Source: Mantamonas sphyraenae STR306 (Eukaryota > Protista > CRuMs). From it: a stretch of DNA of 64,000 nucleotides. The stretch covers positions 3,584 to 67,583 of the forward strand of contig JAPMXV010000048.1 in the NCBI GenBank assembly GCA_026936335.1, in the 5' to 3' direction. Below are positions 36,411 through 48,837 of this stretch, in pieces (the stretch's first letter is position 1; each line of letters starts with the position of its first letter). The position numbers and the translations under genes were made by a program. The notes beneath the pieces are model-generated. The model was not told the origin of the DNA, made no database searches, and worked only from the letters and a program-made list of their open reading frames with translations.

Positions 36411-39264
36411 TTACCTCGCTACCCACGCGCGCGCTTGCTGACACCCCACCGCATTGACAACGAACCAGAGCAGTGGGGCGTAGGTTTGGTGCACGGCGTC
36501 CCACCCGATCCTCTGAACCACCTCACCCGCCTCCCTATGGACCATATCACCCTCCACCAGCCGATTGCATGCCATCAACCACCCCTTGAGCGTTCTCTTG
36601 CACCCATTCGGCAGGTCTGCCCACTTTGGTTCCCCCGCTCGTTCCAGCCACCACGCATAGTCCTTGAGGTCTTCTTCATCGTTCTCCTCGTTCCTCAGCT
36701 CCTCCACCGGAAACCCAGCAGCACGAAGCCTATTGCGCACATACCCAAACACGACCTTTTGCTCCCAGCTGAGCCCGTTCTCCTCGACCGCCCACAGATC
36801 CGTCTTGACTGCCCGATTGAACACGCAGTTGCCCAGGGGATGCAACGCCATGGCACCCTCGTGAGTGACCTGTGCCCCCGGAAAGGATTTGGCTTGTTTG
36901 ATGTCTTTGATAGCCTGGTTGATGTCATCGTCACCTCCCAGCTCGACCAAGTCTGACTCACCCCCTCCATACTGCACTCCGACACAGCGCTTGACGGTCA
37001 CTCTGCCCACCAGCATGTCCATCTTTGCCGCAAAGTCATCCTTGGTGTTGATTCGAGCCAGCTCGAGCAAATCACCGTACGCGCGGTAGGAAACACCCTC
37101 GTGGATCAGCGTCAGCGCACCGAGTCGGTGAAACTCGAGAAAAAGAGGGTACTCCTCCACGGGCAGCCACAGGTGCACAAACTGCAAAATGACGGCTTTG
37201 TGGTTTGTGATGTGTCGGCGGTTGTCCTCGTCCATGTAAACGATATCGCGGGCCACGTTCTGGGCCAGCAGACGAAAAGGCGACTGTGGGTTGGAATTGG
37301 GCGCAGCCAGAGAATGAACCATGCTGCACAGCTCTGTCCAAAAACCCATACAGTGCCACATGGCCTCCATGAGCAACTGCACCGCAGAGATGTGGGCGTC
37401 CAGACGATCGACTGCTGAGCTCGACGACGACGACGACGACGATGAGACCATGGCAAAGGACGGCGACCCCTTGGTGCGCTTGCCAAACCCAGTGGCGTAC
37501 AGCTGCTTGATCTGGGGTGTCTTGAACCCCAAGACGAAACGCCGAATCATCTGGACCGGACTTCCCGCCACGGTGTTGTGCCTCGCAGTGTCTCCCTTGT
37601 AGTGCGTACAGACATGATTAAACGACATGTGACGAATCATCCGTGCCATATCGTCAGCGCCCCATTGGTCGATGAAGCGCATGTGCAAATCAGAAAACTC
37701 GAGTGACTCGGAACTTTCGCCACGTTGTTCTCGTTCCGATGCCTGTCCCGATCGACGACTCCCTCGTCTGCCACCTCCCTCAGAATCATCGTACTGTGTC
37801 TCGTCTCCTCCTCCCGCCACCCCTTGACCACGCGCCAACCTCTGCTTGATGACAAACTCGGCCAGGCTGTACGTCGTGTTCAATCCCAGGGCTTTGGTGG
37901 CTACGCGTCGCAGGGGTGTTTCTGATGGAGCTACACACTCTGTGCGCAAGTACAGGCCCAACACTGTATCCAGGTTGTCCGTTTTGGCCACCATGTCGCG
38001 CCATTGAGCCTCGGGCACTGCCTGCAGCTCCTCCTCGGTTGCACCCAGCACAAACACGCACCAGAGGTCTTTTAGGTTGCTCATAGCGTACGGGTTTGTC
38101 GTGGTGTACCATTCGTAGTGCCAGATGTCCACCGCTTGTTCTTGTCCGATGGCGAAGCGCCACACTTCGTCTCGGTCAATGGACACTGGAGCCAGTTGCT
38201 TGAGCAAGTCCACTGTACCTTTTGTTGCCTCTGCGTGGACCTGGCTGTCCTGACGACCGGCCGCTGTCCTCCAACGCTGTCGATCTGCGTTCAGCGCCTT
38301 TTTGATCTCGGCAAACCGCTGACGAACTCGCTCAAAGGGAGATTCCTCTCCCGTGGCTCTTCTTTGCCTGATGTGTGCAATCCGTGCTCTCACTTCCACA
38401 TCCTCGTCGCCCCCGTCGTCCTCATCAACGTCGGACAAGGCGTCCAAAGGGCTCACCTCGTCCAGAGTCTCTGCAGCGTCAGAGCTCAGGTTTGGCTCGC
38501 TTGCTGGCTCTGTACCCAAAAGCATCCGCGTCAGGCCTTTATACCGCTGCCCCCTACCCCTTTTGGGCAGAACTTACCGACCGCCATGGAGCCTGCGCTT
38601 GTTTGCGAGGGGGTCACGTCCCCTTCCTCCTCCTCCTCATCCTCTACGGTGAACACAGTGGGAGACGTAACACCTCTACCCTCCTCCTGTGATCCAGTTG
38701 TAGAAGGTGTCTGTACCGACGAGTGCTGGACGGCGCCCCCTTTGTCTCCACCGCCGTCGCTCTTCGCCATCTCCTCAACGTCCATCGTGCTCGCCGACAC
38801 CTCTTCCCCTGCTTCCTCAACTGCCTGTTCGGTGAGCGCATCATGTGTTGCACCAGTCTGGGTATCGTCCTGACTCACAGCAACGGTAGGTGTGCCTTTG
38901 TGCGACCAGGTGTCAGCGTCGACGCCCGAAAACAAAGGGTGATCAGCACAAAACGCAACCCACTTTCGACCACTTCTTCCTGCTCTTCCTGCTCTTCCTC
39001 TCCCTCTCCCCCCAACGTTGTTGACTCCACACGCTGCCGCTTCTCTGCATGTGTTTCATGCGATGTGCGAGTGCGCGAGCTCGTCTGCGTCTCGCTGCTT
39101 GCGCTGCTTGCACTGGAGCCGTCTGAGCTGGTCGAGAGGGTCCGCTTGCGTTGGAGCCGCGTGACTCTTTGCAAAGGTGAGGCGACGGTGACCTCTCCGT
39201 TGAACGAGTCCATGCCCAAACTCTCTGACGACTCTATGGTTGACACGGTGTCACGCACAGACAT
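36411..39264 (-). CDS. Orphan ~905 aa three-exon protein, right copy
   Basis: Mirror of 21072-23925; ends VAR* instead of VAG*. Confidence 0.75.
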
Positions 39265-39652
39265 TGTCGGTTTGCTTGGACGCTCGCGGCCTGGCAAAAC
39301 ACCAAAATTGCGCCATTTTGTTCGCCAGATCCCACCCCACCCAAACAAGCCAAGAGACAACAACCTGGGCCCATTGGTTCAAGTGACCAGTGTTTTAGTA
39401 CTCTGCATCTATCTGGCACTGTTTCTGGACACCCTCCTATCCAGGCATCCTCGCTCGAGCGATCGGTGAACAAGATCTCTGTGTCCGTGGGTGGATCGAT
39501 GAACACTGCCAACTTCATCCAAACAGGCAGTCCCGAACTCACCCGGATTTGTGCAAACTTCTCCCCAACCAGGGTGCCTGTTTCGTCTGAGCAAGCCGTG
39601 CAAGAGACGGTTTCGTTTGTACGCAAACCCCCCATTTCGCTCAAACACTGAC

Positions 39653-41266
39653 ATGTCGCCCTCCCAAGTAGCAAGTAGCACTGTGCGCCTCATCCGCCAA
39701 CTCATGTCCCATGCCAAACGCCGCAGGGGGTCGACATCTACTCCTACCTCACCTGCCATCAAACGGCAGCGTGTCGAGTACCTACCCGAGCTGACGCGTG
39801 GTGTGAACTCACTCCGCGCGCGCGCGTACCAAAAGCGCGAGTTCTTGGCAGGCACCTTGTATGTCGGACACCTTGTGACGTCGTTGGTGACCCTCGCTGT
39901 GCATGGACACCTGAGCATAGACGCAGTGTGCAGCCACCTTGCACGTTTCGCATGGTCGCGCGTGTCCAACACAACTGCAGCACTTGCCACCCTCCTCGAC
40001 ACCCACGATGACCTTGCTCGGCTCTCTGCGACCCACTCTATCCCTTTACTATCCAGCAAGTCTGCAGCAGAGATGTTTGTGGCGTGTTGGGTGTACGGAG
40101 GCGTCAGACTGGCTCCGTTTCCCTGCTTGGCCTCGCCTGCCGCGTTGACTTGGTTTCTAGCCTGGTTGCAAGACCGTGTGGGAGCCGCCCGTGCCCGTCA
40201 AATCACCCTCCGACTCAGAATTGTGTATGACGCTCTACGTGAAGAAGGGGTGGATGTGTTTACGTGCCAGACGCAGGTGCTGGGCCTGCTGGAAGAGCCA
40301 ACAATTGTCCCGCTCCGCACCGCACAGTGCAGTGAGGACGACAGCGACACGACGTGGTTGGGTGTGTGCCAGTCGGTGAGGAAACACCTGGCACTGGCCT
40401 ACACACGAACAAAGGGACTGCATGTGTTGGCAGCACACGCACTCGTCCAAGGGACAACGCTGATGCCGTACCGAGGGCACGTGTTGTCCGACGAGCAGGT
40501 GGCTGCGCTGGACGATGATGAACAAGTATCAAAGAACCAAGACAAACCGCTGCTGCTGCTCACATTGAGAGAGAGCGGCGATGTGGTCCGTCCAGTTCCG
40601 GGTTTGGCTCCGTTCCTGAACAGCAGCGCAGCCCCCAACTGCGCGATGATCGAGCAGGACGGCGAAGGGTGGCTAGTGACACAGCGCGACATCGCTGCTG
40701 GCGAAGAGTTGACCTGGGACTACTGCGAGGGCGACACGTCTGGCGAACAGGACATCGGGGACGCCCCTCACACTCAACGGCTGGAGCAGGTCCACCTGAC
40801 TCGCTTGGGATCCTACGTGACACTTCAACTGGCTGCATTGTACGAAAGCCGCATGGCCAAGCGATTGCTGGTGGTGAGTTCCAAAACACACGTTCGTTTG
40901 TTTGAATCGCTGGCCTGCTTCCTCACCAAGCGGTATGAGGGGCACTGCTGCGTACTCTCCACCGCCGCCGAGCTTCTGAAGGAATCTGAGACATCAACCG
41001 CCATTGCCGCCCCAACGATGTACCTCGTGTGTGCACACGCACCCAAAGGACGTGTCAACTACACCCAAGTCGTCACGGCAGCAATGGGCCTGACGTACAA
41101 GGGGATTGTGTGTCTGGTGGTACACAGCCTCACGCCACAGTGCCATTTTTACTCGGATCTTGGCTCCCCACACGACACGGTGGGCTCACGCAGGGTGTGG
41201 GAACTGGAAGTTCACTCGACCACACGGACCACAGCACATCTTCACACAATGACGAGCGACAGGTGA
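39653..41266 (+). CDS. SET-domain protein (putative lysine methyltransferase, ~537 aa)
   Basis: KGLHVLA...PYRG...FLNSSAAPNC...RDIAAGEELTWDY matches SET motifs (GxGxxA, YxG, NHSCxPN, DIxxGEELTxDY); NLS-like AKRRR and KRQRVE. Confidence 0.85.
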   Translation: MSPSQVASSTVRLIRQLMSHAKRRRGSTSTPTSPAIKRQRVEYLPELTRGVNSLRARAYQKREFLAGTLYVGHLVTSLVTLAVHGHLSIDAVCSHLARFAWSRVSNTTAALATLLDTHDDLARLSATHSIPLLSSKSAAEMFVACWVYGGVRLAPFPCLASPAALTWFLAWLQDRVGAARARQITLRLRIVYDALREEGVDVFTCQTQVLGLLEEPTIVPLRTAQCSEDDSDTTWLGVCQSVRKHLALAYTRTKGLHVLAAHALVQGTTLMPYRGHVLSDEQVAALDDDEQVSKNQDKPLLLLTLRESGDVVRPVPGLAPFLNSSAAPNCAMIEQDGEGWLVTQRDIAAGEELTWDYCEGDTSGEQDIGDAPHTQRLEQVHLTRLGSYVTLQLAALYESRMAKRLLVVSSKTHVRLFESLACFLTKRYEGHCCVLSTAAELLKESETSTAIAAPTMYLVCAHAPKGRVNYTQVVTAAMGLTYKGIVCLVVHSLTPQCHFYSDLGSPHDTVGSRRVWELEVHSTTRTTAHLHTMTSDR

Positions 41267-41315
41267 GGGACCAGCAGCGCTTGTGCATGCAACACAACAA
41301 CGGTGGTATTTCAAG

Positions 41316-42233
41316 ATGTCGCGGCAAGGCTCACACGGCAAGCGCGACCTGGACGATGCAGAAGCAACGCAAGATCAGCCGTCCGCACACGCCCAGGAAA
41401 GACAGCCTCTCAAGCGCTCGCGTGTGCAGGATGAACCCATCTTTCAGTTCATCCTGGATGACCAGATGGAGCACCTGGTGGAGTACCTGAGCAATCCGGG
41501 AGTGGATGAGGAAACACGGGAGGAGCTCATGAACCACATGTACACCGTGGTACCACGCCCTCCTGCATTCCATTGCACGTTTGCGTCTCGCTCACGACAT
41601 ACTTGGACTATCTCACCTGAACGAGAGATGGTGTGGAGCCACACAGAGCCGCGTGAACGCGTAAAGTCGTTCGTCAGACGCATCCTCGATTTTGGCGCCA
41701 TCACGCAAGCCAACCAAGACGGCGCAGGGCTTCTTCTCCAGGAGATGGCGGCTTTTGCTCGAAGCAACGCACCGCGCCCGTGCACATGGGAAGGTGTATC
41801 GGACACACTTTGCGTGGCAGCCGAAACGTCCAGCCTCGACACGATGGATGTGGAGGTTGTCGTGACGCCAACGGTGGATGAAACGCTGCAAGGATGGCTG
41901 GCTGTGTCCCTGTCTACCGCGATCACAGTGCATGAAGGGACGTCGGCAATCGATCTGATGCGTGCTCTTCTGCAGGAGGTGGTGTCGGTTGGAATTGTGG
42001 TCGCCTCGGATCAACTGGGTCGTGTGATGGCGACACATCTGGCCAAGATAGAGTTTGTGGACACACAGGTTCTGCAGGAAGTGGTAAACATTGCGCTGAC
42101 GCACACGGAGGCTGTGCAGAAGTCAACGGCGTACACGCTGCACATCAACCTGGTGATGAGTCTGTGGGATGAGCTGGTCCAAGAGTGTACACAGAGTGCG
42201 CACGAATCCATCTCAGTGTCCAAGGACCCATGA
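41316..42233 (+). CDS. Hypothetical protein (~305 aa), right copy
   Basis: Mirror of 18102-19019. Confidence 0.65.
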   Translation: MSRQGSHGKRDLDDAEATQDQPSAHAQERQPLKRSRVQDEPIFQFILDDQMEHLVEYLSNPGVDEETREELMNHMYTVVPRPPAFHCTFASRSRHTWTISPEREMVWSHTEPRERVKSFVRRILDFGAITQANQDGAGLLLQEMAAFARSNAPRPCTWEGVSDTLCVAAETSSLDTMDVEVVVTPTVDETLQGWLAVSLSTAITVHEGTSAIDLMRALLQEVVSVGIVVASDQLGRVMATHLAKIEFVDTQVLQEVVNIALTHTEAVQKSTAYTLHINLVMSLWDELVQECTQSAHESISVSKDP

Positions 42234-43246
42234 TCGGCAGCATGGCTGACGAAGTTTCTTTCGAAAGGTGTTCCTCGTGGTGTTTGAACACAATTCTACG
42301 ATTTTATCCAAATGCACGAGTCTGCCCACCCATTGATTTGGAGGAAGAAATGGCCACACCCAAACCCCGTTTTCGATGGTGATTCTGCCTTGTATGGGCT
42401 GTGCTCACCCTCTCAATCCATAGAAAGCACATGCCATGAGAGCACAGTGGGCTGATCGTGTGCGAGGAACGACACACCTGAGAAACGCAACAAGAACTAC
42501 AGCACAACTCACCGGTTCCATCGGAGCCATCAAACACCAAACATATGGCGAGATGTCTGCGTTGAAGCCACCCGTAGCGACAGTCACCCTTTGGGGTGAC
42601 CAATTTCCCGACCTCAAAAAATGAAGCGCCCACGTCACCAGCAACACTTTGGGACCACATTGCATGGTGTTCCGCAACCGCACCTTCTCCGTTGACATGT
42701 ACTCGGCCGATGCGTGTTGTGATGGGAAACTCACCACTCACCTCACTCCGGCCTGTGTTTAGTGTGTCCAGCCCGCTGGCAGAGATTCGAATGCACGCAG
42801 CAGCAGAAATTGTGAAGCCAGCCAGCTCACAGGTTCAATAGTGTGTAGGTGCAGAAACGACGTTGCTGGAAGTGTTTGCACCGATGGATATCCGTCTCGG
42901 ATGCGTCACCAAGTTGCAACGCCGCTTGGGAGCATTTGGTGAACAACACCGGGTCAACCTCTCGCTCTGTACTGGCTGACTCTTCGAACCGTCTGCTAGG
43001 AGACCAAATGGAGATATCAACCACTCCCAGCGTGTTTAACAGTGCAGAACGAGCATACGCCAACCTGGAAAGAGGGTAAAACCAGCTTGACGGGATCGAA
43101 AGACCACAGCGCTGTGGCCACAGCGACGGTCCAACGTGGTTATCGGTGAGAGAATACCAGATCACTGCATACTATGCCATGTATCCACATGCATGTTGAT
43201 TGGCCTCAGTGCGCCGGGTTGGGCAATTTTCAAAACACCGCGCACG

Positions 43247-44668
43247 ATGACCAAGGCATCTCTACTCTCTATCGTGTCTCTGGCAGCGACTCTCATCCTA
43301 CTTGCTGGACCATCCCGTCAGACAGTGACAAACGCTCAATGGGGCGGACCTGAGGACGACTACGCTCGTTGTGTGAACGAAGCAAGCGACGGAAGCGTGT
43401 TCATCTCGGGCTGGACCAAAAGCAGCCTGGATGGCTACACAAATGCTGGCGACGCCGACTTTTACGTGACACGCATGTTCCGTAACGGGACACGTGTGTG
43501 GAGCAGGCAGTGGGGCACTGACAGAGAAGATGAGCTCGTCAGTGCAGTGGTAGATTCGCAAGACAACCTGTATGTGTTTGGCCAAACACGAGGCTCCTTG
43601 CCTGGCTTCACGCTAAAAGGCGATCGAGACTTGGTGGTGAGCAAGCTCTCTCCGACGGGCACCATTCTGTGGAACAAGCAGTTCGGAGTCGAAGCAACGG
43701 ACTACGCAGACGTCGCAGCGATGGACGCCTCGGGCAACATCTACGTTGCTGGCAGCGTGTTTGGTTCGTTCATGAACATGACAAGTGGCAATCCTAACCT
43801 GCAAGACGTGTTGGTGGTGAAACTGGACCAGAACGGGGAGATCCTGTGGTCCAGGCAGTTCTACAGCACCCCCTACATGGGCAACAGCCAGAGTGAGAGC
43901 GTGTGGACGATGGAGATCATCAACAACGCAATCTACGTAGGCGGACGCACCAGCGGAGACATCACGAACCAGAACAGAACGTACAGCAACGCCAACCACG
44001 GCTTTCTGATGAAGCTTGACCCGCAAGGCAACCGCGAGTGGGTGTGGCAGAGCAACTACACGACACCTGTACTTCCCAGAGGCATGGTGCTTCTCTCGGA
44101 TGGTCTGTTGTACACGATTGGCAACCAGGGCAGTCCCGTGTCCAAACCCTTGTTGATGCGCCACCACACGAATGGCACGTTTGTGTCATCCACTCAAGTG
44201 AACGGGGTCATCCAAGCAGACACTAACCTGGTTGCCCACCATGGCAAGCTGTACTATGCAGGAACCATCCCAGACAACAACCTTCCCTTCAAACGCGCGC
44301 TGATCGAGATGGATCCCAACGGGACCGTGATCTTGGCATCCCGATGGGACACTACACCGACTCCTTACAACACTCGATTCCTGTCCGACGGGGCGCTGAT
44401 GGTGACAGGCAAGGTGGATCAGTTCATTGCAGTTGGATTCCAGAGCGCTGGCAAAAGCGACATGTTTACGACTGAGTATGCGCCCAGTCCCAGTCCGTCC
44501 GCATCTCCGACTCCTGGTGCATCTGCCACACCGACCCCGACGCCCACAGCCACAACCTCTCCCAGTGCGAGCGCTTCGTCCCAGAATGCGAGTGGCCCAA
44601 CGGCCGGTGCGCTGCTCGTCATGCTGATGGCCTCTGCGGCGCTTGCCCACATGCAAGGCACGTGGTAA
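43247..44668 (+). CDS. Secreted SBBP beta-propeller surface protein 2 (~473 aa), probable GPI anchor
   Basis: Signal peptide MTKASLLSIVSLAATLILLAG; repeats WSRQWGT..D....VDSQDNLYVFGQT.GS...GDRDLVVSKLSPTG..LW; PT-rich linker; hydrophobic tail. Confidence 0.85.
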   Translation: MTKASLLSIVSLAATLILLAGPSRQTVTNAQWGGPEDDYARCVNEASDGSVFISGWTKSSLDGYTNAGDADFYVTRMFRNGTRVWSRQWGTDREDELVSAVVDSQDNLYVFGQTRGSLPGFTLKGDRDLVVSKLSPTGTILWNKQFGVEATDYADVAAMDASGNIYVAGSVFGSFMNMTSGNPNLQDVLVVKLDQNGEILWSRQFYSTPYMGNSQSESVWTMEIINNAIYVGGRTSGDITNQNRTYSNANHGFLMKLDPQGNREWVWQSNYTTPVLPRGMVLLSDGLLYTIGNQGSPVSKPLLMRHHTNGTFVSSTQVNGVIQADTNLVAHHGKLYYAGTIPDNNLPFKRALIEMDPNGTVILASRWDTTPTPYNTRFLSDGALMVTGKVDQFIAVGFQSAGKSDMFTTEYAPSPSPSASPTPGASATPTPTPTATTSPSASASSQNASGPTAGALLVMLMASAALAHMQGTW

Positions 44669-45953
44669 AGACACGTAAAATCGTTGCTTACCCTGTCCAC
44701 TTTGATCCCTCGTCCTCTGAGATATCCAGTCGGTATACGCAAAACGAGAAAACGAGAGTATCCCAAGAAGGATGGGTTTGTACAAAATCGCGCAATATCG
44801 TACAATATCCACCTCCAAGCTGTGCGCAGAATGTGTGACCTGGAGTAACACCAGGAGTGACTGGAGTGATAGAATGATTGTGAGCACAGTGCAGCCGTTG
44901 TCTGCGACTCTCAAAGTGCTGTCTGGGCTCCTTGGAGGGGTTGTTTCGGCAAGTGATTCGTCATCGTGTGTCGGCTGTGCCCTTGCTTTGGATACCCTCT
45001 CCAGATGGATCTCACTTTGCTGTGGGTGCAACGACAGTTGTAGCTTCTGCATTGCACGGTTTTCGGTGGGCAGAGCAAAGCGACATCCTCACACCATCCC
45101 AGCCTGGTCAGATTCCCTTTTGCACAACGGCAATCAAACGTGCCCACCGAGCCTGTCCCTCAAATGGTCACGGTCCATACCACCGTCTGTATGAAGCAAC
45201 CCATGGGTTTGGGAGATCCCAAGGATCGTTCTTTGGATGGGTGAGCCTCCTGCACCAGAAGAGCCGACTGGGCGAAGTTGGTCCTCACGCACCAACCTCC
45301 GGCGCCTGTGGAGCCAATGCTGTCCATACCATTTCTTGAAGTAGACCGCACAGCTGAGGTGGTGGCGAAACGAGAAACCTGAGATGAGCAAACGCGACCC
45401 GGACTGCGCATGGCTCGATTGGACCACGTCTACCGTGAATCGATCGGTCGACTCCAACTCTGCTCCCAATGCTAACAACTGTGCGCTCCAATAGAGTTCA
45501 CACCAGGCATGGAAGAGCAGCCAAGGAGTCGGCCACAGCGGATCTTGCCTGATGCACCCTGCACATCCAGATCGCACTGGTCGGAGATTGACCCTACCTT
45601 GCCAAGCTCCACCGTAGGCCATCAGAGACACCTGTGACACCTGAAAGCTGCTTGTAGGTGTTCGATCCAACCTCTAACCGATCTTCGGGTCAGAAACGCC
45701 GCGCAACAGGCTTCCAACGCGACCTGGGAGGGCAAAACCCGCGCAAGCCCTGACACCAAGCCGCTTCTCCTGCGACTGCGTGACAAGCCGGACACAGGGC
45801 CACAGACGGATGTCCAACACAACCATGCAGAGCATGCACCTACGGACGGAACAAAGAGGCGATTGCCACCCTGTCAGAGGGGTAGAAAGCGACGTGAACG
45901 ACTCGTGCGCAACTCGCAGCAATTTCAAGCACGAAAAAACCACCCCGTCCGCG

Positions 45954-47321
45954 ATGCCGCGTTTCTTCCTTCTCATCTTGACCATTACGCTTCTGTGTGC
46001 GACACCCACACTGGCTGTACAGACGTACACCTTTCCCGGGTGCAACGACCACTTTTCTGGGCTTGCTTCGTCTCCGGTGACACGCTCGGGCGTGCGTTGG
46101 GACGCCAGTGCGCAGGCGCTGTATGTTGTAGACACAGCATACACCACGCTTGCCAACCAGCTTTCATACTCGGGACCAGGAGTTGCGCGCGGCTTCCTGG
46201 CCAAGATGGCCCTGAACGGCACGACGGAGTGGAGCGTTCGCTTCCGGTCATTCGGGTCAGACGTGGTGCTGCAGGACGGCTCTGTGTTTGTGCTTGGTCG
46301 CATCTCCACCAACCCATCCCTGACGAGCGGGCAGACAGAACTCAGTCGCGTCATGCCCAACGGCACGGTGGTGTGGAAGATGGCGGATTCGGACATGAGC
46401 CAGAGTGGGCTGCGCATGGCTTCGTGGGGAGCGTCAGACCTGGTTCTGGTTGGACACATCGCCAACACAACAGCCAACACGGTAACGATGTATGTGCAAC
46501 GGCGTGCGTCGAACGGCACGGTAAAGTGGACCACGGTGTTTGGAAGTGGCGACAGCAAAGACCAAGTGCGCGAGGTGGGCGTCGATGCGAGCTCTGGAGA
46601 CATCTTTGCAGCGGGCGGTGCATCCACCAACATACCAGGGTACCCGAAACCGTCTGGATTTGCGACGCGGATGTTTGTGGCACGAGTGTCGTCTGCAGGT
46701 GTGCTCCAGAGCGTGGCCTACCCTTCGTCTTCGCCCACAGGAGGGGCAACGATGGTAGACTACGACGCCCAGAGCATCGCTGTAGACAGTGCGTCTAGCA
46801 AGCTGTACACTGTCGCCTACAAGGCCGAGAACTCTGGGTGGCGCGCCACGCTGTACCAAACAGATTTTGCTGGAACACTGAACTGGCATCGTACCAATGC
46901 GTCGATCGACAACCAGTTCCCCCGACCTGCAATGGTCGATGTAGATTCCACGGGAGTGTACTACGCAACCTGGTATCTGCAGGGCACGACAACCACGCCC
47001 ATCTCGGCCGTGCTGCGGTACGACGCGACCGGCTCGTTCCAGTGGTGGAAAACCTGGGCTCCAGACCACTACGTGTCTGGCATGACACTTGCAGGTGACT
47101 CCATCGTGGTGTTTGGCTTTACCATGGATGCGAGCACGTCGACCCGGTACTGCTCGCTCTCGGTGGTTGGCAAGAGTGAGCCGTCGTCGCCCACACCGGA
47201 CAGCTCGACCCCAACCCCAACTCCAACGGCAGCACCCACTTCCAGCGACGCAACTCACAACCATGTTCATTTGATCCTGCTCCTCCTCACTTGGCTCTGT
47301 CTCCTTCATTTGCTGCAGTGA
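45954..47321 (+). CDS. Secreted beta-propeller surface protein 1 (~455 aa), right copy
   Basis: Mirror of 13011-14378. Confidence 0.8.
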   Translation: MPRFFLLILTITLLCATPTLAVQTYTFPGCNDHFSGLASSPVTRSGVRWDASAQALYVVDTAYTTLANQLSYSGPGVARGFLAKMALNGTTEWSVRFRSFGSDVVLQDGSVFVLGRISTNPSLTSGQTELSRVMPNGTVVWKMADSDMSQSGLRMASWGASDLVLVGHIANTTANTVTMYVQRRASNGTVKWTTVFGSGDSKDQVREVGVDASSGDIFAAGGASTNIPGYPKPSGFATRMFVARVSSAGVLQSVAYPSSSPTGGATMVDYDAQSIAVDSASSKLYTVAYKAENSGWRATLYQTDFAGTLNWHRTNASIDNQFPRPAMVDVDSTGVYYATWYLQGTTTTPISAVLRYDATGSFQWWKTWAPDHYVSGMTLAGDSIVVFGFTMDASTSTRYCSLSVVGKSEPSSPTPDSSTPTPTPTAAPTSSDATHNHVHLILLLLTWLCLLHLLQ

Positions 47322-47465
47322 GATGTGGGACAGCGACTGCACACCTGACGGTATCCAACAAAAAGCAAGCGGTTGCGAAAGATTCTTTATGTTTTGTTAT
47401 TGTGGTTGCTGCTGCTCCTTGACTACGGTGCGGGTTCGTCGAGCGCTCCAATCAAGGCGCTGGGC

Positions 47466-48017
47466 TCATGTCTCTATCATTTCAAAGCCTGTCAAGTTGC
47501 TCGAACTCATGTGCTGCTGCCTATCCAGTTGTGCCTGCTGCTTCTCACTCCACACTTGTGTTTCATCGTCGGCGGTTGGATTTTCCAGGTAGATATCGTT
47601 TGACCTGTGCGCACCGCGGCGAAACTTCTTGGCAAGGTCCAGCTCGTGGAAGCTACACGGACATTGACCTTGGGCGCTCGCCTCTCCCCGGCCAGAGGAA
47701 TACTGACTATTGTCCTGCTGCGTGCATTTCCAGTGGCGCCGCAGATTCTTGGCCGCTTGGGCCCAGCCGAACAGTTGCTTACCTGCCAGTATGTACGTGG
47801 CGTATTTTGGCTGTGCACCGTCACCATCTTTCTTCGATCTCTTCATGATGGGCACACCAGCTTTCGATAGAAGTGTTTTCACAGCAGACAGTGTGAATTC
47901 TTTGTCCACCTTCTTGGTGGCCAGCAAGCAGCCATCTGAGGCCGAGTCAACATGTGTGTTGACAACGTCACGGATCTCGGCCAGGGTTTCTGCCGAGACC
48001 ACTTGCCTGTCCGTCGA

Positions 48018-48049
<32 letters not shown>

Positions 48050-48801
48050 GATCGTCGTCGTTCGTGTTCGGTGTGTTGTACGCACATAACACAATGTCTT
48101 CCGGCGCCTTCTCCAGTTGCCGGAGCTCGTCGGTTGTTGGTATTCCCAGAAAACCCAGAATGCGGTCCAGAACTTCCTTGTCGTCGCTATAGTGCGGTGG
48201 TGACGTGTTTGTGCGCGACGTGAGCGCATTTGTGTGCTTCGAGGTCTCCCTGACAGTTCTCCTGCTCAGTTTCTCTGCAGATTGAAGCGTTTTCTGTGAG
48301 CATGTCAGAAGGGCAAGGTTCTGAAGGCGTTTGCAACGGTTGTCTTGGATTGAATACCAGCCACTGGATGATAAGTGCTCCTTGGGAGAGTCCAACAAAG
48401 CCACGAACTCACGGTAGGGGATCGCTTCCCAGATACCCAGTTGTTCTGCAGGTGACATCCCGCAGTACAAGTCCACCATGTCCGGTTGCGGTCCGCTGTA
48501 CTCATCATCCCCTTCTTCGGCTGTTTTCATGTTCTTTTGCAATTCTTCCTTGTACTTCTCCTCTGACTTGTCGTTGGTACGATACTCCTCCACCTTTTGC
48601 GCGACCTGGCGCAGGAGCTTCTCGTTGACCTTCTCCAACCGCTGGACCCCGCGGCGCCTTTTCTCGTACCACCGTACATTGTTTTCCGCTTTTGAAGTGG
48701 GCGGTGTATATCGTTGGCACCGAAGCTTGACGGTGGATACGTACAAGCGCCACAGATCTGATGTTGTGTCGAGCTTGTGTCCCGAGCTGCTACTGCTACT
48801 G

Positions 48802-48837
<36 letters not shown>

